A stretch of DNA of 64,000 nt, taken from Candidatus Versatilivorator sp. GTDB lineage: Bacteria; Acidobacteriota; Terriglobia; Versatilivoradales; Versatilivoraceae. The DNA lies in contig OZ242296.1 in NCBI GenBank assembly GCA_965207735.1, positions 3,264,001-3,328,000 of the forward strand, written 5' to 3'. Positions 20,330-30,902 of the stretch are shown in pieces; positions within the stretch are counted from its first letter, which is position 1; every line of letters starts with the position of its first letter. The notes below the pieces were generated by a model, which saw only the letters and a list, made by a program, of their open reading frames with translations, was not told the DNA's origin and did no database searches. The position numbers and the translations under genes were made by a program.

Positions 20330-21511
20330 TCAATAAGGTTCCCGGAACACCCAGTTTTCCTTACCGAAGGACATGTCGGAGTAGGCCCCGATGGGCAATC
20401 GTTGGCCGGCGGGCATTGTCCAGCGGCGAATGACTGCTTCGTTGGGCTCAACCCCCAGGCCCGGAGCCTTGGGAAGCCGGAAGCAACCGTCTTCAATGCG
20501 GTGGGGTTCCACCAACAGGTCGTCGATGAAGGGATTGCTGGTTCGGTCCACTTCGACCGTGATGCCGTTGGGGAGAGCGGCGATGACATGCATGTTGGCC
20601 GTCAAGGCCAGGGCGTCGCTCCAGGTGTGGGTGGCGACCCGGGCCCCGTGCTTCTGCGCCAACTGCCCGACCCGGAAGCACTCGCTGATTCCACCCGCTC
20701 GACAGGCATCGGGCTGGACCACGTCCAGGGCCCCGGCCCTGAGCAGTTCGCGGAACCCCTGGAGACCGAACTCGTTTTCTCCCGCGGCCACCGGGACCCT
20801 GCAATGCCGCCGCAAGGCAACATAGTTGTCGATGTCCTCGGGCTCGAAGGGCTCCTCATACCAGAAGACCCGGTTCTCCTCCAGCACGGCTGCCATGCGC
20901 CGAGCCACCTCCAGGCTGTAGCGCATGGAGGCGTCCACAATCACGTCCACGGCCGGCCCCACCGCCTGACGCACCGCCCGGACGGCGGCTACATCGTAGT
21001 CTTCGTCCTTACCCAGCCGCATCTTCACCCGGCGGAAACCCTGGTCCACGTAGCCGGCCGCCTCCCGGCCCAGCGACTCCAGGCTGTCCGTCCACAGCAG
21101 CGCGCTGGCATAGGCGGGCACCCTATCCCTGGATCCTCCAAGAAGCTCCTGTACTGTCTTGCCCAGGGCTTTTCCCCGCAGGTCCCAAAAGGCGATATCC
21201 AGCGCCCCCAGCGCCGACAGAGCCACTCCCTTCCTCCCGTACCAGCGGGTGGCCTGGTACATCTTGGACCACAGGGCTTCCACCTCGCTGGCATCGTCCC
21301 CCAGCAGAAGGGGCTTGAGGTGGTCCTCAATGACGATCCTCACCAGCTCCGGATGGCTGTAGGCCGAGCCCCAACCCACCTTTCCGTCACTGGCCGTGAC
21401 CCGAACCAGAGAGGTCAGGCGGCCGGTGAGTTGTCCTCCGGCATAGGCCGTTCGCTTCTCTTGCGGGACCTCATAGCGCAGGTTGATGACTTCGATCCCG
21501 TCAATCTTCAT
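20330..21511 (-). CDS. Mandelate racemase/muconate lactonizing enzyme family protein
   Basis: DIAFWDLRGKA, KMR, D...WYEEP, GENE, QPD motifs. Confidence 0.9.
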   Translation of the reverse strand: MKIDGIEVINLRYEVPQEKRTAYAGGQLTGRLTSLVRVTASDGKVGWGSAYSHPELVRIVIEDHLKPLLLGDDASEVEALWSKMYQATRWYGRKGVALSALGALDIAFWDLRGKALGKTVQELLGGSRDRVPAYASALLWTDSLESLGREAAGYVDQGFRRVKMRLGKDEDYDVAAVRAVRQAVGPAVDVIVDASMRYSLEVARRMAAVLEENRVFWYEEPFEPEDIDNYVALRRHCRVPVAAGENEFGLQGFRELLRAGALDVVQPDACRAGGISECFRVGQLAQKHGARVATHTWSDALALTANMHVIAALPNGITVEVDRTSNPFIDDLLVEPHRIEDGCFRLPKAPGLGVEPNEAVIRRWTMPAGQRLPIGAYSDMSFGKENWVFREPY

Positions 21512-21903
21512 GGGAGTCCTCGCGGAATCAATTCCCTCTTCGGGACTTCTGATCCTAACATATCACTCCCCTCGCAATAGCAGTCACGGAAGCCGGGCCG
21601 GCAATCCCCGGCGACCCCGTGACAAATACAGCTTGCCGGGGTTTTTGCCCCAAATGTTGCATCCCTGTTGCGGACTTGCTTCGAATCTGCGCCGGGATGG
21701 GGTAATATGACCCGCACCAATCGAGAGGTTCCACCACGGGAGAGGGTTTCTTTACGCCGCCGCCCCGCTGACAGCACCCTCCGCGACTCTGCGTCGGCCA
21801 CCGGCTTGCGGCTTTGCAAACATTTCCGTGAAGGATTTGATATAAGCAACCTTGCGGGAGTCACGGAATTAGCCGAGACGGAACCGATCAAGAAGGGAAC
21901 ACG

Positions 21904-23634
21904 ATGCATATTCTCCTGTATGTACCTGACAACCAGGTGACCAACAACTTTGTTCCGCAGCTTTGGCCCTTCGTCCTGCAGAGACTGACGCCAATGGGAC
22001 ATCAGGTCAGCATTATCGACGGCAACGTGCGTCACCTGAGTGCCCGGGAGCTGGTCGACTTCATCGTTCAGAACGATGTAAACCTGGTGGGCATGGGCTT
22101 CATGACCCGTATGGCCCAAAAGGCTTATAGCATGGCGGCGGCCATTCGAAGGGAAACAAGCGTGCCGATCGTGATGGGGGGGCCCCACGTGACCGAAGTC
22201 CCCAACGAGCCCCTGGGCCTCACCGGTCATCCTCAATACGCCGACGCGGTGGTGTTGGGGGAAGCGGACGATACCTGGCCGCTGGTGGTGCGGGATGCGG
22301 CCGCCGGGGCTTTACAGCGAGTCTACCAGCCCGCCGTCATCGACGGGAAGGATATCAAGCCGAGTCTCAAGAACTATCCGCAGGTGAGGTGGGACCAGAT
22401 CGACCTCTCGCTTTTCGATCTCATGCGATTCGTGCCGTCCACGGCCAAACGGATGCTCAAGCGGATAGGCCTGAAAATTGACGAGCTCTACGTGGTGCCG
22501 GTGGAATCCGGGAGGGGCTGCCCCTACGGCTGTGAATTCTGCACCGTGACCGGCTTCTTCGGAGACCAGATACGCTTCCGCGACAACCAGAACGTTATCG
22601 ACGAGTTGCTCTGCCTGAAGGCCTTGGGCAAGGAAAGGAACGCACTGGTCAGTGTCTTCTTCATCGACGACAACTTCGCGATCAATCGCAAGCGCACCAA
22701 ATCCCTGCTGCGCGACATGATCGCCCAGGATGCCTGTGTCCCCTGGATTGCTCAGATCAGCATGAACCTGTTACGAGACGAAGAGCTGGTGCGACTCATC
22801 GCCGAGAGCGGCGGTCGCTGGATCTTCATGGGCCTGGAGTCCATCGATCCCGCCAGCCTCAAAGTCGCCCGCAAGGAGTTCAACAAGCCCAGCGAGTATG
22901 CGGAAATCCTGAGCCTGCTGGCCAAGTACGACCTGTATGCCATCACTTCTTTCATCTTCGGCATGGAGGGGGATCGTCAGGGCGTCTCGGAAAACACCTA
23001 CCGCCAGGTCGACGGATGGCCTCCGGGACTGCCGGTCTTCGGGATACTCACCCCTTACCCGGCCACCCCGCTGTACGACCGTTTGAAAAGTGAGGGGCGG
23101 CTGACCCGGCCGGAACATTGGCTCGACTTCCAGGCCTTTAAAGCCGCCTATCTCCCCAAAGGCCTTTCGGCAGACCAGGCGGAAGAAGAGGTTCACCGCG
23201 CCTGGGCACATTGCTACAGCTCAGAAGCTTTCCGCAGGTCTCAAGAGTGGCTGCGCCGCAACCGGAAACCCTACGGGTATCAGGTCATGCACTTTGTGAC
23301 ACGCATGCTCTTCCGAGGCATCTATTTCCCACAGTTGACTCGCTGGGCCTGGATCAAGCTGCTGGCCCAGAATTACAGAACGATTGGGAACCTGGTATTT
23401 CAGGGTCTCAGGAGCCAGCGCAGGGCTCGCCGAAAACCGGCGGCGGCGCTCGCACAGACTCCGGCGGGGGGTGCATCAGGGGGTTTGCATGAAAGTGACC
23501 TCAAGGGAATGGTCAGGCAAGCACCGGGCCGGACGGCTTCGGGGTCCAACGGGAAAGGTGAGGCGTCGCATCGAGAACCCATCCCCACTCCATCCGGGGT
23601 CACTTCAGTAGAAACTTCTGAACCCGCCAACTGA
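21904..23634 (+). CDS. B12-binding-domain radical SAM protein
   Basis: MGGPH B12 domain; RGCPYGCEFC (CxxxCxxC); FFIDDNF; GLES; TPYPAT. Confidence 0.9.
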   Translation: MHILLYVPDNQVTNNFVPQLWPFVLQRLTPMGHQVSIIDGNVRHLSARELVDFIVQNDVNLVGMGFMTRMAQKAYSMAAAIRRETSVPIVMGGPHVTEVPNEPLGLTGHPQYADAVVLGEADDTWPLVVRDAAAGALQRVYQPAVIDGKDIKPSLKNYPQVRWDQIDLSLFDLMRFVPSTAKRMLKRIGLKIDELYVVPVESGRGCPYGCEFCTVTGFFGDQIRFRDNQNVIDELLCLKALGKERNALVSVFFIDDNFAINRKRTKSLLRDMIAQDACVPWIAQISMNLLRDEELVRLIAESGGRWIFMGLESIDPASLKVARKEFNKPSEYAEILSLLAKYDLYAITSFIFGMEGDRQGVSENTYRQVDGWPPGLPVFGILTPYPATPLYDRLKSEGRLTRPEHWLDFQAFKAAYLPKGLSADQAEEEVHRAWAHCYSSEAFRRSQEWLRRNRKPYGYQVMHFVTRMLFRGIYFPQLTRWAWIKLLAQNYRTIGNLVFQGLRSQRRARRKPAAALAQTPAGGASGGLHESDLKGMVRQAPGRTASGSNGKGEASHREPIPTPSGVTSVETSEPAN

Positions 23635-24517
23635 CCACTCCGGCCACGTAGAGTTCGCCGGCTTTGCCCAGTGCGAGATGGTGAGGCACCGAGAACTGCC
23701 CCGCCTCTTTCCCTGGCTGGCCGAAAGCACCCAGCACACGTCCTTCCAGGTCGAGCTTCAGCACTCTGTTCTTGTATCCATCGCACATAAACAGCTGGTG
23801 GTCCGGCGTGATGTAGAGTCCCCAGGGAGATCCCAGGTGGGTCCACTGCTTCAGGAACTTCCCGTTCTCATCGAAGATCTGGATCCGGTGGTTTTCCCGG
23901 TCGCCGACGTAGACCCTGCCCTGATGGTCCACGGCAATGGTGTGCGGAGCGTTGAACTCGCCGGGGCCGGTCCCCTTTTTCCCCCAGGCCCGCAGGTAGC
24001 GGCCTTCTTTGGAGTACTTGACCACTCGAGAGTTCCCATAGCCGTCGCTGATGTAGAGGTTTCCCGCCGGCCCAAAGGCTATGTGGGTTGGCTGGTTGAA
24101 GGTATCCTCATCTTCCCCCGGCGTGTCCTTGCGTCCCAGGACCATGCGCACACGGCCCCGGGGACTGAACTTCACCACCGTGTGGGATCCGATGTCGGTG
24201 ACCCAGACGTTGTCCTCCGGGTCCACCGCCAGGCCGTGCGGTGAGGTGAGGATACCGTCTCCCCAGGAACGCAGGAATTTACCGCTGGGGTCGAAACACA
24301 TGATCGTGTTCGGACCGCGGTGATAGACGTAGACGTTGTTCCTGGAATCCACCCCGACGCCGGTGGTCGGACCGAAGTTCCACCCCTCGGGTAGTTGAGG
24401 CCAGTCGGCAACCAACTGATGGGAGAGGACGGGGGCCTCGTCGGTCCGCACCGTCTGGACCAGGGTGATCAGCACCACCAGTGAGGCTGCAAGTGCGATG
24501 GGAGTGCGGGAGCTCAT
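23600..24517 (-). CDS. Peptidyl-alpha-hydroxyglycine alpha-amidating lyase-like NHL-repeat protein
   Basis: Signal peptide; PHGLAVD, FNQPT, SDGYGNSRVVK, PH, DRENHRIQIF. Confidence 0.88.
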   Translation of the reverse strand: MSSRTPIALAASLVVLITLVQTVRTDEAPVLSHQLVADWPQLPEGWNFGPTTGVGVDSRNNVYVYHRGPNTIMCFDPSGKFLRSWGDGILTSPHGLAVDPEDNVWVTDIGSHTVVKFSPRGRVRMVLGRKDTPGEDEDTFNQPTHIAFGPAGNLYISDGYGNSRVVKYSKEGRYLRAWGKKGTGPGEFNAPHTIAVDHQGRVYVGDRENHRIQIFDENGKFLKQWTHLGSPWGLYITPDHQLFMCDGYKNRVLKLDLEGRVLGAFGQPGKEAGQFSVPHHLALGKAGELYVAGVVSWRVQKFLLK

Positions 24518-24653
24518 CGGCTTCTCCTTGTTGGCGTTTGAGGTTGGCCGGTAATACTATCACAGGGCCCCGGCTCGGGGTTTCAGCACTCTCCCCACCC
24601 CATTTCAGAGCGGGTTGGCGGTGCGCCATGCAGACGAAAACGGAACCACGCCC

Positions 24654-25940
24654 ATGACGAACCAGACCGGGACGGACGCGCGGCGACGGACTCTGCTGGT
24701 CTTTCTCTTCGTGATGGCTTTCCAGCAAGGAGTGACCATCAACCTGCTGCCGGTCCTCTTCACCAACTTTGCCGAGACTTTCCAACTGGACCTTCAACAA
24801 CGGGGTCAGATCCAGTCCTTCTTTTTCGTGGGAGCCATGGTGGCGCTGTTCGCCTCCGGGTTCGTGACCGAGCGCATCGCGGTGCGGCGCTCGGCGCTGC
24901 TGGCCTTGGGACTCTCCGGCCTGGGATCGATCCTGGTGGCCACGGCCCCCGACTTTCTGCTGCTGCGCCTGGGGGCGGCGGTCATGGGGATGGGAACCCT
25001 TTGGGTACTCTCGGTCACCAGCGCCACCATCGCCACCCACTTCGCTCCCCAGAGCCAGCGGTTGTTCATGTGGGCAATGGCGGTTTTTGCCGCCTCCGGG
25101 ACGGGCGCCCCCTTTGGACTGGGGCACCTGGTGTCCTTCCTCGAGGTGTGGCGGCCCATCCTGATCGGGATCGGCCTCTACCTCTGGGTTTCGGGAGTGG
25201 CCGTCACCCTCCTGTTTTCGAGGAGCCTGGGGGATACCGGTCTTCGCGCGCGGGTGCCTGGATCGCCTCCGGGGCACCGGTACGCCGCGGACTCAGCCGG
25301 CAACGCAACCCCATGGGAAACATCCGCGGGCTGGCTCACCGGGATTTTCCGCCGCTACCGCAGCTCGCTCCTGGGCCAGGGAGCCCTGCTTCTCATCGGC
25401 TTTCTGGTAGTTTTGGACAACCTTACCGCCGGCAACATTGTGGCCTGGACGCCCAATCTCTGTGAATTGCGCTTCGGCCGGAGCACCGCTCTGGCCGGTG
25501 AGATCATGGGCGCCAACTCGGTCGGCTACCTGGTGGGTCGCATCATCCTGGGTCTGTTCCTGACAGGACGCTACTCGGACCGGGTGCTGCTGGGATTGTG
25601 CTATGCGGGGGGCATGCTGGCATACAGCCTGCTGCTCTGGGTTCCCGATCCTCAAATGGCCATCGCCATGATGGTGCTGCAGGGGGTGTTTCTTTCAGCC
25701 CAGGCCCCCACCGTCTATTCCCTGGCCTCCACCAAGTTTGCCGATCGGGCCGGAACCGCCGTTCCCTTGGTGGATGCTATCGGAACCATCGGAGCCATCC
25801 CCGCCCCCCCGCTGATGGGTTGGATGGCGCAGCGGATGGGAGGCCTGGAGCGTGCAGCCTGGCTCATCCCGCTGACAGGATGCTTGCTGATAGCCATCAG
25901 CCTGGGTTGGGAGGCGAAAGACCGGTCAAAGAAGGAGTAG
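24654..25940 (+). CDS. MFS transporter
   Basis: About 12 hydrophobic helices in two halves separated by a central loop. Confidence 0.85.
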   Translation: MTNQTGTDARRRTLLVFLFVMAFQQGVTINLLPVLFTNFAETFQLDLQQRGQIQSFFFVGAMVALFASGFVTERIAVRRSALLALGLSGLGSILVATAPDFLLLRLGAAVMGMGTLWVLSVTSATIATHFAPQSQRLFMWAMAVFAASGTGAPFGLGHLVSFLEVWRPILIGIGLYLWVSGVAVTLLFSRSLGDTGLRARVPGSPPGHRYAADSAGNATPWETSAGWLTGIFRRYRSSLLGQGALLLIGFLVVLDNLTAGNIVAWTPNLCELRFGRSTALAGEIMGANSVGYLVGRIILGLFLTGRYSDRVLLGLCYAGGMLAYSLLLWVPDPQMAIAMMVLQGVFLSAQAPTVYSLASTKFADRAGTAVPLVDAIGTIGAIPAPPLMGWMAQRMGGLERAAWLIPLTGCLLIAISLGWEAKDRSKKE

Positions 25941-26018
25941 CAGAGGTAGAGGATGGGCTCCGGCAAGGAACGGCTGCCGGAAGCCTCCAATGTCGGGTGT
26001 AAAGGTCGGGAACCGACC

Positions 26019-26636
26019 TCAGGAGGAGGGTTTCTGCAAAGGCGTCGGTTCAGGAGATTTGGCGCGCTGGATAGTGGGTGCTTTGGTTTCGGCCGGCGCG
26101 GTGTTGGCCGCCGCTGCTTTCGGGACTGAGCCCGCGGGAGCCGATTTAACCATCTCGACACTGCCCTTGAGGCGGGCGCCGTCGGCAATCGAGATCCGGC
26201 TGGAACGAATACTGCCTACCACCGAACCCGCAGGAGTTATCTCTACTTTGTCCTGGGCGACCACGTCTCCAACCACAGATCCGGCAACGATGACGTTGGC
26301 AGCTCGTATATCGGCCTGAATCCGGGCCTTGGCGCCGACCCGAAGCACCTGGTTTCGAAGGTCGATCTTTCCTTCCACCCGCGAGTCAATGGTTACGTCC
26401 TGGCTTCCCGACAGTTCTCCTCTGATGACGAACGTGTCCCCCAGGTAGTTTTCTTTCCTGATCCGGGCGGGCGCGGGCGGCGGTGTGGGAGTCGCCTGCA
26501 CTTGCGGCTGCTCCGGCGGGGTGCTTTCCGGAGCCTCGGCGAAGGTTTGCTTCTCTCTTCCGGGGAGGATGCGTCCCGCCCAGCCCTTCAACGCGCCGGC
26601 TTGTTTTGCCTTGGAAGTGTCCATTTTGAGTCCCAA
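26019..26636 (-). CDS. Bactofilin (polymer-forming cytoskeletal protein)
   Basis: IRGELSGSQDVTIDSRVEGKI...VIVAGSVVGDV...ISIADGARLKGSV beta-helix; alternative start at 26624. Confidence 0.88.
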   Translation of the reverse strand: MGLKMDTSKAKQAGALKGWAGRILPGREKQTFAEAPESTPPEQPQVQATPTPPPAPARIRKENYLGDTFVIRGELSGSQDVTIDSRVEGKIDLRNQVLRVGAKARIQADIRAANVIVAGSVVGDVVAQDKVEITPAGSVVGSIRSSRISIADGARLKGSVEMVKSAPAGSVPKAAAANTAPAETKAPTIQRAKSPEPTPLQKPSS

Positions 26637-26750
26637 TCAGACCGTAAGAAAAATAATCCGTGCGTTCCGGCTTCTCGTCCTCATCTGCCGGTCGCCGGCT
26701 GGAAATCACATTATAACCCGCTCCAACCAGGATCGAAAGCCCGAAAACTT

Positions 26751-29700
26751 TCAGAAATTCAAACGCAGCGACAACTGGAACTGTCTCGGATCGAAGGCCG
26801 CCGTGAAGGAGAAGGGCTCGGTGACCGGTCCCCGGCGGCCCACCAGCCGGGAAGGAAGTTCGTCGATACTCACGTCGCCGACCGTGCTGTTGACGTGCTT
26901 GAAGTTGGTGCGGTTGAACAGATTGAAGGCCTCGGCGATCAGCCCCAGAGTCCAGGTCTCGGTGAGCGGAATTTCCCGGTTCAGCCGGAGATCGAAAGAG
27001 AAAAAGTCGGGACCCATGCCGACGTTGCGGCCCACGCCCCAGGGGCGGTGGGTGTCGTTGTGGCGGTCGCCCACGCTGTCGAATCCCGAGTTGAGATTGA
27101 AGGGAGCCCCCGAGCGGGTGCTCATAATGGCCGAGACCGTGAAGTCGCGGATCAGAGCATGAGCGATTCCACGGCCGGTGCCCGATCTCCAGGGAAGATC
27201 CACCACCGTGTAGGCGACGAAGTTGTGTTTCCGGTGAAAGGCGGAAAGCGCCCACTCCGACCTGGCGTCCCACTGCAAGTGCGGCTGGAACGAGGAGTTG
27301 TAGTCGGTGTTCTCGTCCATGGTCTTGCTCCAGGTGTAGTGGGCCGAGAGGGTGAATCCATCGAAAAACCTCTTCCGGAACTGGGCCATAAAGGCATGGT
27401 AGGAGGAATTGGCCCAACTACCGTAGATGTTGTCTTGCAACACCAGCGGATTGTGAAAGCCCAGGATCGGGCGTCCCAGTTCGTTGGTTCCCGCCTGATA
27501 GACATTCTTGTCCAGGGGACGAATGATGTGGACGCCGCGGTTGAAGTTGTATCCCAGCGAGACGGTGTAGCCGTCGGCCACCTCTCGCTGGATCTCGAGA
27601 CTGGCCTGCTGGGAATAGGGATTGACCGTGTCGTCGGCCACATCGAACTGCACCCGCAGCGGAAGGCCCGGACCCGGATCGATCCCGTGGATGGCCAGGT
27701 CCTGAGGCGTGATGGAACGAGTCCCCAGTATGCCCCGCTGCAGGGCGGTGTGGTAGATCTCGGCCGAGGTGAGCAGATCGCCGGTCAGCGCGCTGTTGAT
27801 TCCCTCCAACCCGGTCAGCGGGATAAAGACCTGGAAGATTTTTCCCTGCTCTCCCAGCAAGTCCCTGATGTAGGTGATATGGCTATCGATCCTGGCGTAA
27901 TAGATTCCGAAGCCCCCGCGTACGACCATCCTTGGATCGGGGCTCCAAGCGAATCCCAGCCTGGGCGCAAAGTTGTTCTTGTCGGTCGGGAATTGGGTCT
28001 TGACCTCGAACTCGTGACGGCCGCCCAGCGTCAGTTGCAGATTGGGCCTCAGGCGCCAGGAGGCTTCGGCGAAGAAGTTGAGATAGCTCTTCCATCCGAT
28101 CCAGTAGGGACTGCCGAAGCCCTGCTGGTAAATCAGCGGCAGCCCCAGGGCATAGGCCTGCAGGGACGAGATCGGTTCGTCTACCGCTTCAGCAAGCTGG
28201 GGCTGCCCGAACAGCGTCAGAGCGCCCTGCAGCAGCTGCGCCGTCCCTGCGCCGATGGCGTTATCGATCATGAAGGAGAGCGGTATCGCCTCGCCGAACT
28301 GAAAACTCCCTCCAAAGAAGGTTTCCGATCTGACGCTGAAACGCGAGCCCCCGGCGTCGACGCCGAACTTGTAGGTATGCGGGCCGGAAGTACGGGTGAA
28401 ATTCTGCCGCACCTGGCCGGCGCGTTCCACGACGCGGGCCGGCAAGATCAGGTTCCGTCCGAACAGGCCGAATCCGTTGATGTCGATCGCCGGACCGTAG
28501 GGGTCGGTCGGATACACGCCGAAGTCGTGATAGTTCAATCCCACCAGGGTTTCGCTGGCCAACTCCGGGTTGATCAGCAGGGTATTGCCCAATGCCAAAC
28601 CGAAATCGTTGGTGTGGGCACTCCGGCCGCGGCTGTTTGAGACCAGCGATCCGAACTGGGTATTCTCGCTGTCCGAGCCGGTCCAGTTGACCCGGGTGAA
28701 CAGCGTGTGTCCATCCCCTACCGTGTGGTCAATGCGTCCCAGGAACTGCTGGCGTTCCTCCCCGAACGGAAACACCCCGCTGTTTTGCTCGAACAGGGAG
28801 ACGAGGTGGGGATAGTTCCCCGGAGTCAGCGCCGCCGCAAACTCGTCCAACAGCGGCCCCGGGATCAGCCCCGTCGTGCCCAGGCCCGCCATCAGGCCCT
28901 GCTGCGAGGGCGTCAGCTCGTACAGGAACGAGTCGTCCCGCAGCAGGGGGACGAAGACCGATTCGTGGCGGTCCAATCGTTCGTAGGCGCCATAGAAAAA
29001 CGTTCCCTCCCGTCCCAGAGGTCCGCCGATCGAGACGCCGCTCTGCGCTCGGGTATAGGCCGATTTTTCCGGATCGAAGTAGTTGCGGGCCTGGACGTGG
29101 CGGTTGCGAAGCAGTCCGAACAGGCTCCCGTGCAACTGGCTGGTGCCGCCCTTGGTGACGATGTTGATCGCGCCTCCCGGCGCCCCGCCCAGCTCGGCCG
29201 AAAACGTGTTGCGGTTCACCTGGAACTCCTGCACCGCCGCCTGGGTGACGGTGGAGCGGACCGTCCCCGTGTCGAAGACGTTGTTCAAGCCGTCCAGCAT
29301 GAAGGTATTGTTTCGTCCGCTGCCCCCCCCAATGCCCAGCCCTGAATGCGGAGTGACCACGATTCGGCCGTCCCGGTCATCGACCATATCGTTCGTGCTG
29401 ACCACTCCCGGCGTCAGCAGAGCCAGATCCAGATAGTCCCGCCGGTTGATGGGGAGGTTCTCGATGCGGACCGAGTCGATATGGTCGGCCTGCACCGTCT
29501 GATGGGTGTCGATCGCCGGGCGCTCGCTGACCGCTGATACCACGATGCTCCTGGTGGCCGTGCCCAACGTCAACTCCGGCGAAAAGGCCGCGGTCTCTCC
29601 CACGCGGACCTCGAAGTTCTCGGCCACGTAGGGGAGAAAACCGTCCGCCTCGAAGCGCAGCGTGTAGAGGCCCGGCATGACGTGGCTGAAGACATACTTG

Positions 29701-29918
29701 CCCAGCGCCGAGGTGACGGTTTTTCGCTCCACATCCCGTTCCTGGTCGGTGGCGGTCACGGTAACGTCCGGTATGACGGCTTGCGTCTGATCGAACACGT
29801 ACCCCTGGATGCGGCCGCCCTTGGTCTGGGCTCCCGACAGGGAGGCGCCGGCCAGAACCAGAATGACGGCCGCCGCCCATCGACGGCCCCCGATGTAGAG
29901 TGATGGTGTCAATCGCAT
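26751..29918 (-). CDS. TonB-dependent receptor, Oar-like, with N-terminal carboxypeptidase-regulatory-like domain
   Basis: LPINRRDYLDLALLTPG, AVQEFQV, NNFAPRLGFAW, EAFNLFN, terminal PRQFQLSLRLNF. Confidence 0.93.
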   Translation of the reverse strand: MRLTPSLYIGGRRWAAAVILVLAGASLSGAQTKGGRIQGYVFDQTQAVIPDVTVTATDQERDVERKTVTSALGKYVFSHVMPGLYTLRFEADGFLPYVAENFEVRVGETAAFSPELTLGTATRSIVVSAVSERPAIDTHQTVQADHIDSVRIENLPINRRDYLDLALLTPGVVSTNDMVDDRDGRIVVTPHSGLGIGGGSGRNNTFMLDGLNNVFDTGTVRSTVTQAAVQEFQVNRNTFSAELGGAPGGAINIVTKGGTSQLHGSLFGLLRNRHVQARNYFDPEKSAYTRAQSGVSIGGPLGREGTFFYGAYERLDRHESVFVPLLRDDSFLYELTPSQQGLMAGLGTTGLIPGPLLDEFAAALTPGNYPHLVSLFEQNSGVFPFGEERQQFLGRIDHTVGDGHTLFTRVNWTGSDSENTQFGSLVSNSRGRSAHTNDFGLALGNTLLINPELASETLVGLNYHDFGVYPTDPYGPAIDINGFGLFGRNLILPARVVERAGQVRQNFTRTSGPHTYKFGVDAGGSRFSVRSETFFGGSFQFGEAIPLSFMIDNAIGAGTAQLLQGALTLFGQPQLAEAVDEPISSLQAYALGLPLIYQQGFGSPYWIGWKSYLNFFAEASWRLRPNLQLTLGGRHEFEVKTQFPTDKNNFAPRLGFAWSPDPRMVVRGGFGIYYARIDSHITYIRDLLGEQGKIFQVFIPLTGLEGINSALTGDLLTSAEIYHTALQRGILGTRSITPQDLAIHGIDPGPGLPLRVQFDVADDTVNPYSQQASLEIQREVADGYTVSLGYNFNRGVHIIRPLDKNVYQAGTNELGRPILGFHNPLVLQDNIYGSWANSSYHAFMAQFRKRFFDGFTLSAHYTWSKTMDENTDYNSSFQPHLQWDARSEWALSAFHRKHNFVAYTVVDLPWRSGTGRGIAHALIRDFTVSAIMSTRSGAPFNLNSGFDSVGDRHNDTHRPWGVGRNVGMGPDFFSFDLRLNREIPLTETWTLGLIAEAFNLFNRTNFKHVNSTVGDVSIDELPSRLVGRRGPVTEPFSFTAAFDPRQFQLSLRLNF

Positions 29919-30085
29919 CGTCTGGCTTCCTTCGTTAGCAGAACCAGGGTTCTGACAAACAGAGTATTGATTGAACAGCGGAAAACTTGGCTCTACATTC
30001 TACGTCCTAAAGTCAAGCGGAAGGCGGTTTTTGCACCGGATATTTCCGTTTTTGAGGTAATGTTCTGCACAACAAGGAATGACCC

Positions 30086-30877
30086 GTGACCCGACACCCC
30101 TACCTGACCCGACTGCTGCGATGCCTGTCGACTGCCTGCGTGGTGGTGGCGTCGGCTGCGGCTGCAGCCGGGCAGGCCGAATTCCACTACCAGTACGGCA
30201 AGCTCGCCAATCCCTTCTCCGGCGCGCAGGAAAATACCTCCATCCTCACGGTGCAGCATGCGACGGGGTGGCGGTTCGGGGACAGTTTCTTTTTTCTCGA
30301 CATTCTCAACGACGGGCTACAGGACGGTTTCAACGACAAGGACCTCTACGGCGAATGGTATCCGACCCTGAGCTTCGGCAAGGTATCCGGCAGGAAGTTC
30401 CAACTGGGGCCGATCCGGGATATCTCGGTCATCGGCGGCCTCAACTTCGGCGCCGACTCCAACGTCCTCAAATATCTGCCCGGCGTTCGAGCCTCCTGGA
30501 AGGTGCCGGGATTCGCCTTCCTCAACACCGACGTGATGGCATATATCGACGGGAACAGCGGCGCCGGCAGCGGCGGTGCTCCCCGGACCAGCAACAGCTT
30601 CACCGTCGACGTCAATTGGGCGCTGCCGTTCCGACTGGGCGGCCAATCCTTCCTGATGGGCGGACATGCCGAGTATATCGGTGCGAGCACCGACGAGTTC
30701 GGCAACCGTGTCAAAGGGTGGGTTCTGGCGCAGCCCCAACTCACCTGGGACCTGGGCGCCGCTTTCGGAGCGGCAACTCACTTGCTGGTGGGAATCGAGT
30801 ACCAGTACTGGCGCAACAAGCTGGGTGTGGAGGAAGACGAGTACGCTCCGCAGCTGCTGGTAATCTGGCGGTTCTGA
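30086..30877 (+). CDS. Tsx-like nucleoside-specific outer-membrane channel
   Basis: Signal peptide; GDSFFFLD, YGEWYP, QPQL, GIEYQYWRNKLG, terminal WRF; co-oriented upstream of the NCS2 gene. Confidence 0.75.
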   Translation: MTRHPYLTRLLRCLSTACVVVASAAAAAGQAEFHYQYGKLANPFSGAQENTSILTVQHATGWRFGDSFFFLDILNDGLQDGFNDKDLYGEWYPTLSFGKVSGRKFQLGPIRDISVIGGLNFGADSNVLKYLPGVRASWKVPGFAFLNTDVMAYIDGNSGAGSGGAPRTSNSFTVDVNWALPFRLGGQSFLMGGHAEYIGASTDEFGNRVKGWVLAQPQLTWDLGAAFGAATHLLVGIEYQYWRNKLGVEEDEYAPQLLVIWRF

Positions 30878-30902
30878 CCGGCGCCTGCAATCAATTTCGA
30901 GG

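Noticed and set aside
26502-28640. Long antisense ORFs (also 52329-54089, 54171-55865, 32995-34581, 20234-21580)
   Set aside because: Shadow frames opposite well-supported genes in high-GC DNA; no recognisable motifs.
29919-30085. Riboswitch upstream of the TonB receptor or nucleobase transport genes
   Set aside because: Short spacer with no recognisable cobalamin, purine or TPP aptamer motifs.
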